64,000 nt of DNA from Malacoraja senta (Eukaryota): assembly GCA_038087875.1 (NCBI GenBank), contig CM075996.1:64001-128000 (forward strand), in the 5' to 3' direction. A model generated the notes under the pieces. It was not told the DNA's origin and did no database searches. It was given only the letters and a program-made list of their open reading frames with translations. Of the stretch, positions 62,445-64,000 are shown piece by piece (the stretch's first letter is position 1; the number at the start of each line of letters is the position of its first letter). A program made the translations under genes and the position numbers.

Positions 62445-63876
62445 CTATATAGGATGAAGCTCCTTTTATAAACAAACCAAATTAGCGAATTGACTTCCTT
62501 CTTGCAGCTGTTGTAATCCCTAGGTTTTATAATTTAGGCAGTAAAGTGTAGGGATGGGACGACTACTGGTTTTACTGAAAACTGAGTTAATAGCTGAAAA
62601 TAAGGAAATTGAAGAGACGAGGAACTGCAGATGCTGGTTTAATAGCAAAGATAGACATGTGCTGGAGTAACGCAGTGGGCAGGCAGTACCTGGAGAAAAA
62701 GGATGTGACGTTTCGGGTCGGGACCCTTTTTCAGACGGAAAGATGTGTCTAAGTCGATGAATTAAGATGGGCTCCATGTTTTTCATTGTACAATTAATTT
62801 GCTACATTTCTCGAGCAACTTGAAGCTCATATCCTCTTCCTTACTCTGGACACTCCTTCCTCATTCTATATCACAGTGACCAATTAACAAGAACAGTCGC
62901 CCACCCATAAAATGGAGTTATAATTTGGGAAGCAAGACTTTGCGATTTTTTTTACAGATTGAAGAAGAATTCACAAACAGATGGACTCCAAAAAGTTTTG
63001 ATAGTTTTATAAATCAATTTCCTCCCCAATATTCCCGGTCAAAAAAGGCCCAATCCTCGGAAGGTGAAGTTCCCCTTTAATAAGTAAGGGCGACACGTTA
63101 ATGCCAACGGGGGCAGCTTGCTCCCAACACAGTCAAATCAATTGTGTGCCGGGTCCGTTGCACCCTCCCCCCTTGTAGTGTCGATGAAAAGGGATCATTA
63201 GACGGACTGCCCCTGGAGTGGGCGGATCAGTGGGAAGGATACAATAAAGGGCTACAGTCTAGTCCTTTGTTCGCCCCTCATTCCCACAATCAGTAGGGTA
63301 ATGGCCGAATTATGGCTGGAGCACTCACAGGCCGCAGTCTGTCAGGATTAGGAGATGAATTGTGTAGCCACCCCCAATGTCAGCATTAACCCCTGCACCT
63401 CAAGGCCAGCACAGCACCCCAGGTGTCTCATTCTTTATTTTGGGAGCAGAAAATTGCAATTTTTCTTCTTCTTTTAATCTCTCTGATCGATCGAGAATAT
63501 TAACAATTTGGCCATACTGGAATATGCGAGGAACGTCCTTCATTGAATTGAAATTTAATTTTCCCTTTTTTTTAACAAAAAAAGAAGCAAGGCTTTCAGA
63601 GACCTTTCAAAGATCCAAACAAGTCCAGGGTAAAGATGCCTCTAGTGAGTTAGCAAGTTGTCTCACAGTGCGCAAATTTCCCTTTCTATCCAGGAATCGA
63701 GCAAAGCAGCAAAACCTGTTGGAGAACTGGGATCCCCCCATTTTGCCTTATCAGCCGAAGTAAATGTAATGTCTGAAAATTGATTTTTTTTTTAAACCAT
63801 CATAGCTAAGAAATGCAGGTCAGCATATCTTCTCAGTGGCAGGGAACTAGAAGCTGTGGCAGGGCTGAGAGATTCA

Positions 63877-64000
63877 AGGGCCTGTCCCACTTAGGCGATT
63901 TTTTGGGCGACTACAGGTGACTGCCACAAAATGTTCAACATGTTGAAAATTTTTCGGCGACAGTGGCGACAATTTTTGCTGTCGTAGGTGAATTCCATTA
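63877..64000. mobile_element. Left end of a third Harbinger-type MITE (right end not seen)
   Basis: Starts AGGGCCTGTCCCACTT, then GGCGA(C/T) subrepeats. Confidence 0.65.

Noticed and set aside
62703..62737. Active hammerhead copy
   Set aside because: Core reads CTGAAAA (catalytic G8 lost). Copies at 12725, 14150, 19725 and 28635 also have core mutations.
63230..63287. Su(H)/RBPJ paired site (SPS)
   Set aside because: The 44-bp spacing is far from the canonical 15-17 bp; kept only as two single sites.

Overview
Eukaryotic (vertebrate) genomic DNA, very likely a cartilaginous fish such as a skate or ray. That assignment is inferred from the repeat families, not proven. The only supportable host protein-coding gene is sox10 on the minus strand: three coding exons (49565-49174, 39941-39685, 37800-37094; 1356 nt, 451 aa) with GT-AG introns in the conserved SoxE phases. 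It also has a predicted non-coding first exon, a TATA-like/double-CCAAT promoter at ~50.1 kb and possibly a ~4.2-kb 3'UTR. The rest is a dense mosaic of CR1, Rex1/Babar, Tx1 and Penelope-like (PLE) retroelement fragments, V-SINE/HE1-like and DeuSINE-like SINEs, Harbinger-type MITEs and a hAT deletion derivative. Several repeat-free, motif-rich islands are candidate sox10 enhancers. The most unusual signal is a family of more than a dozen short PLE-terminus-derived insertions carrying a minimal hammerhead-ribozyme core (CTGAAGA-stem II-GAAACGTY). They are often arranged as fold-back hairpins with TSDs, and one intact sense copy lies 1.4 kb downstream of the sox10 stop codon. All calls were made by eye; repeat boundaries are approximate and no database searches were run.
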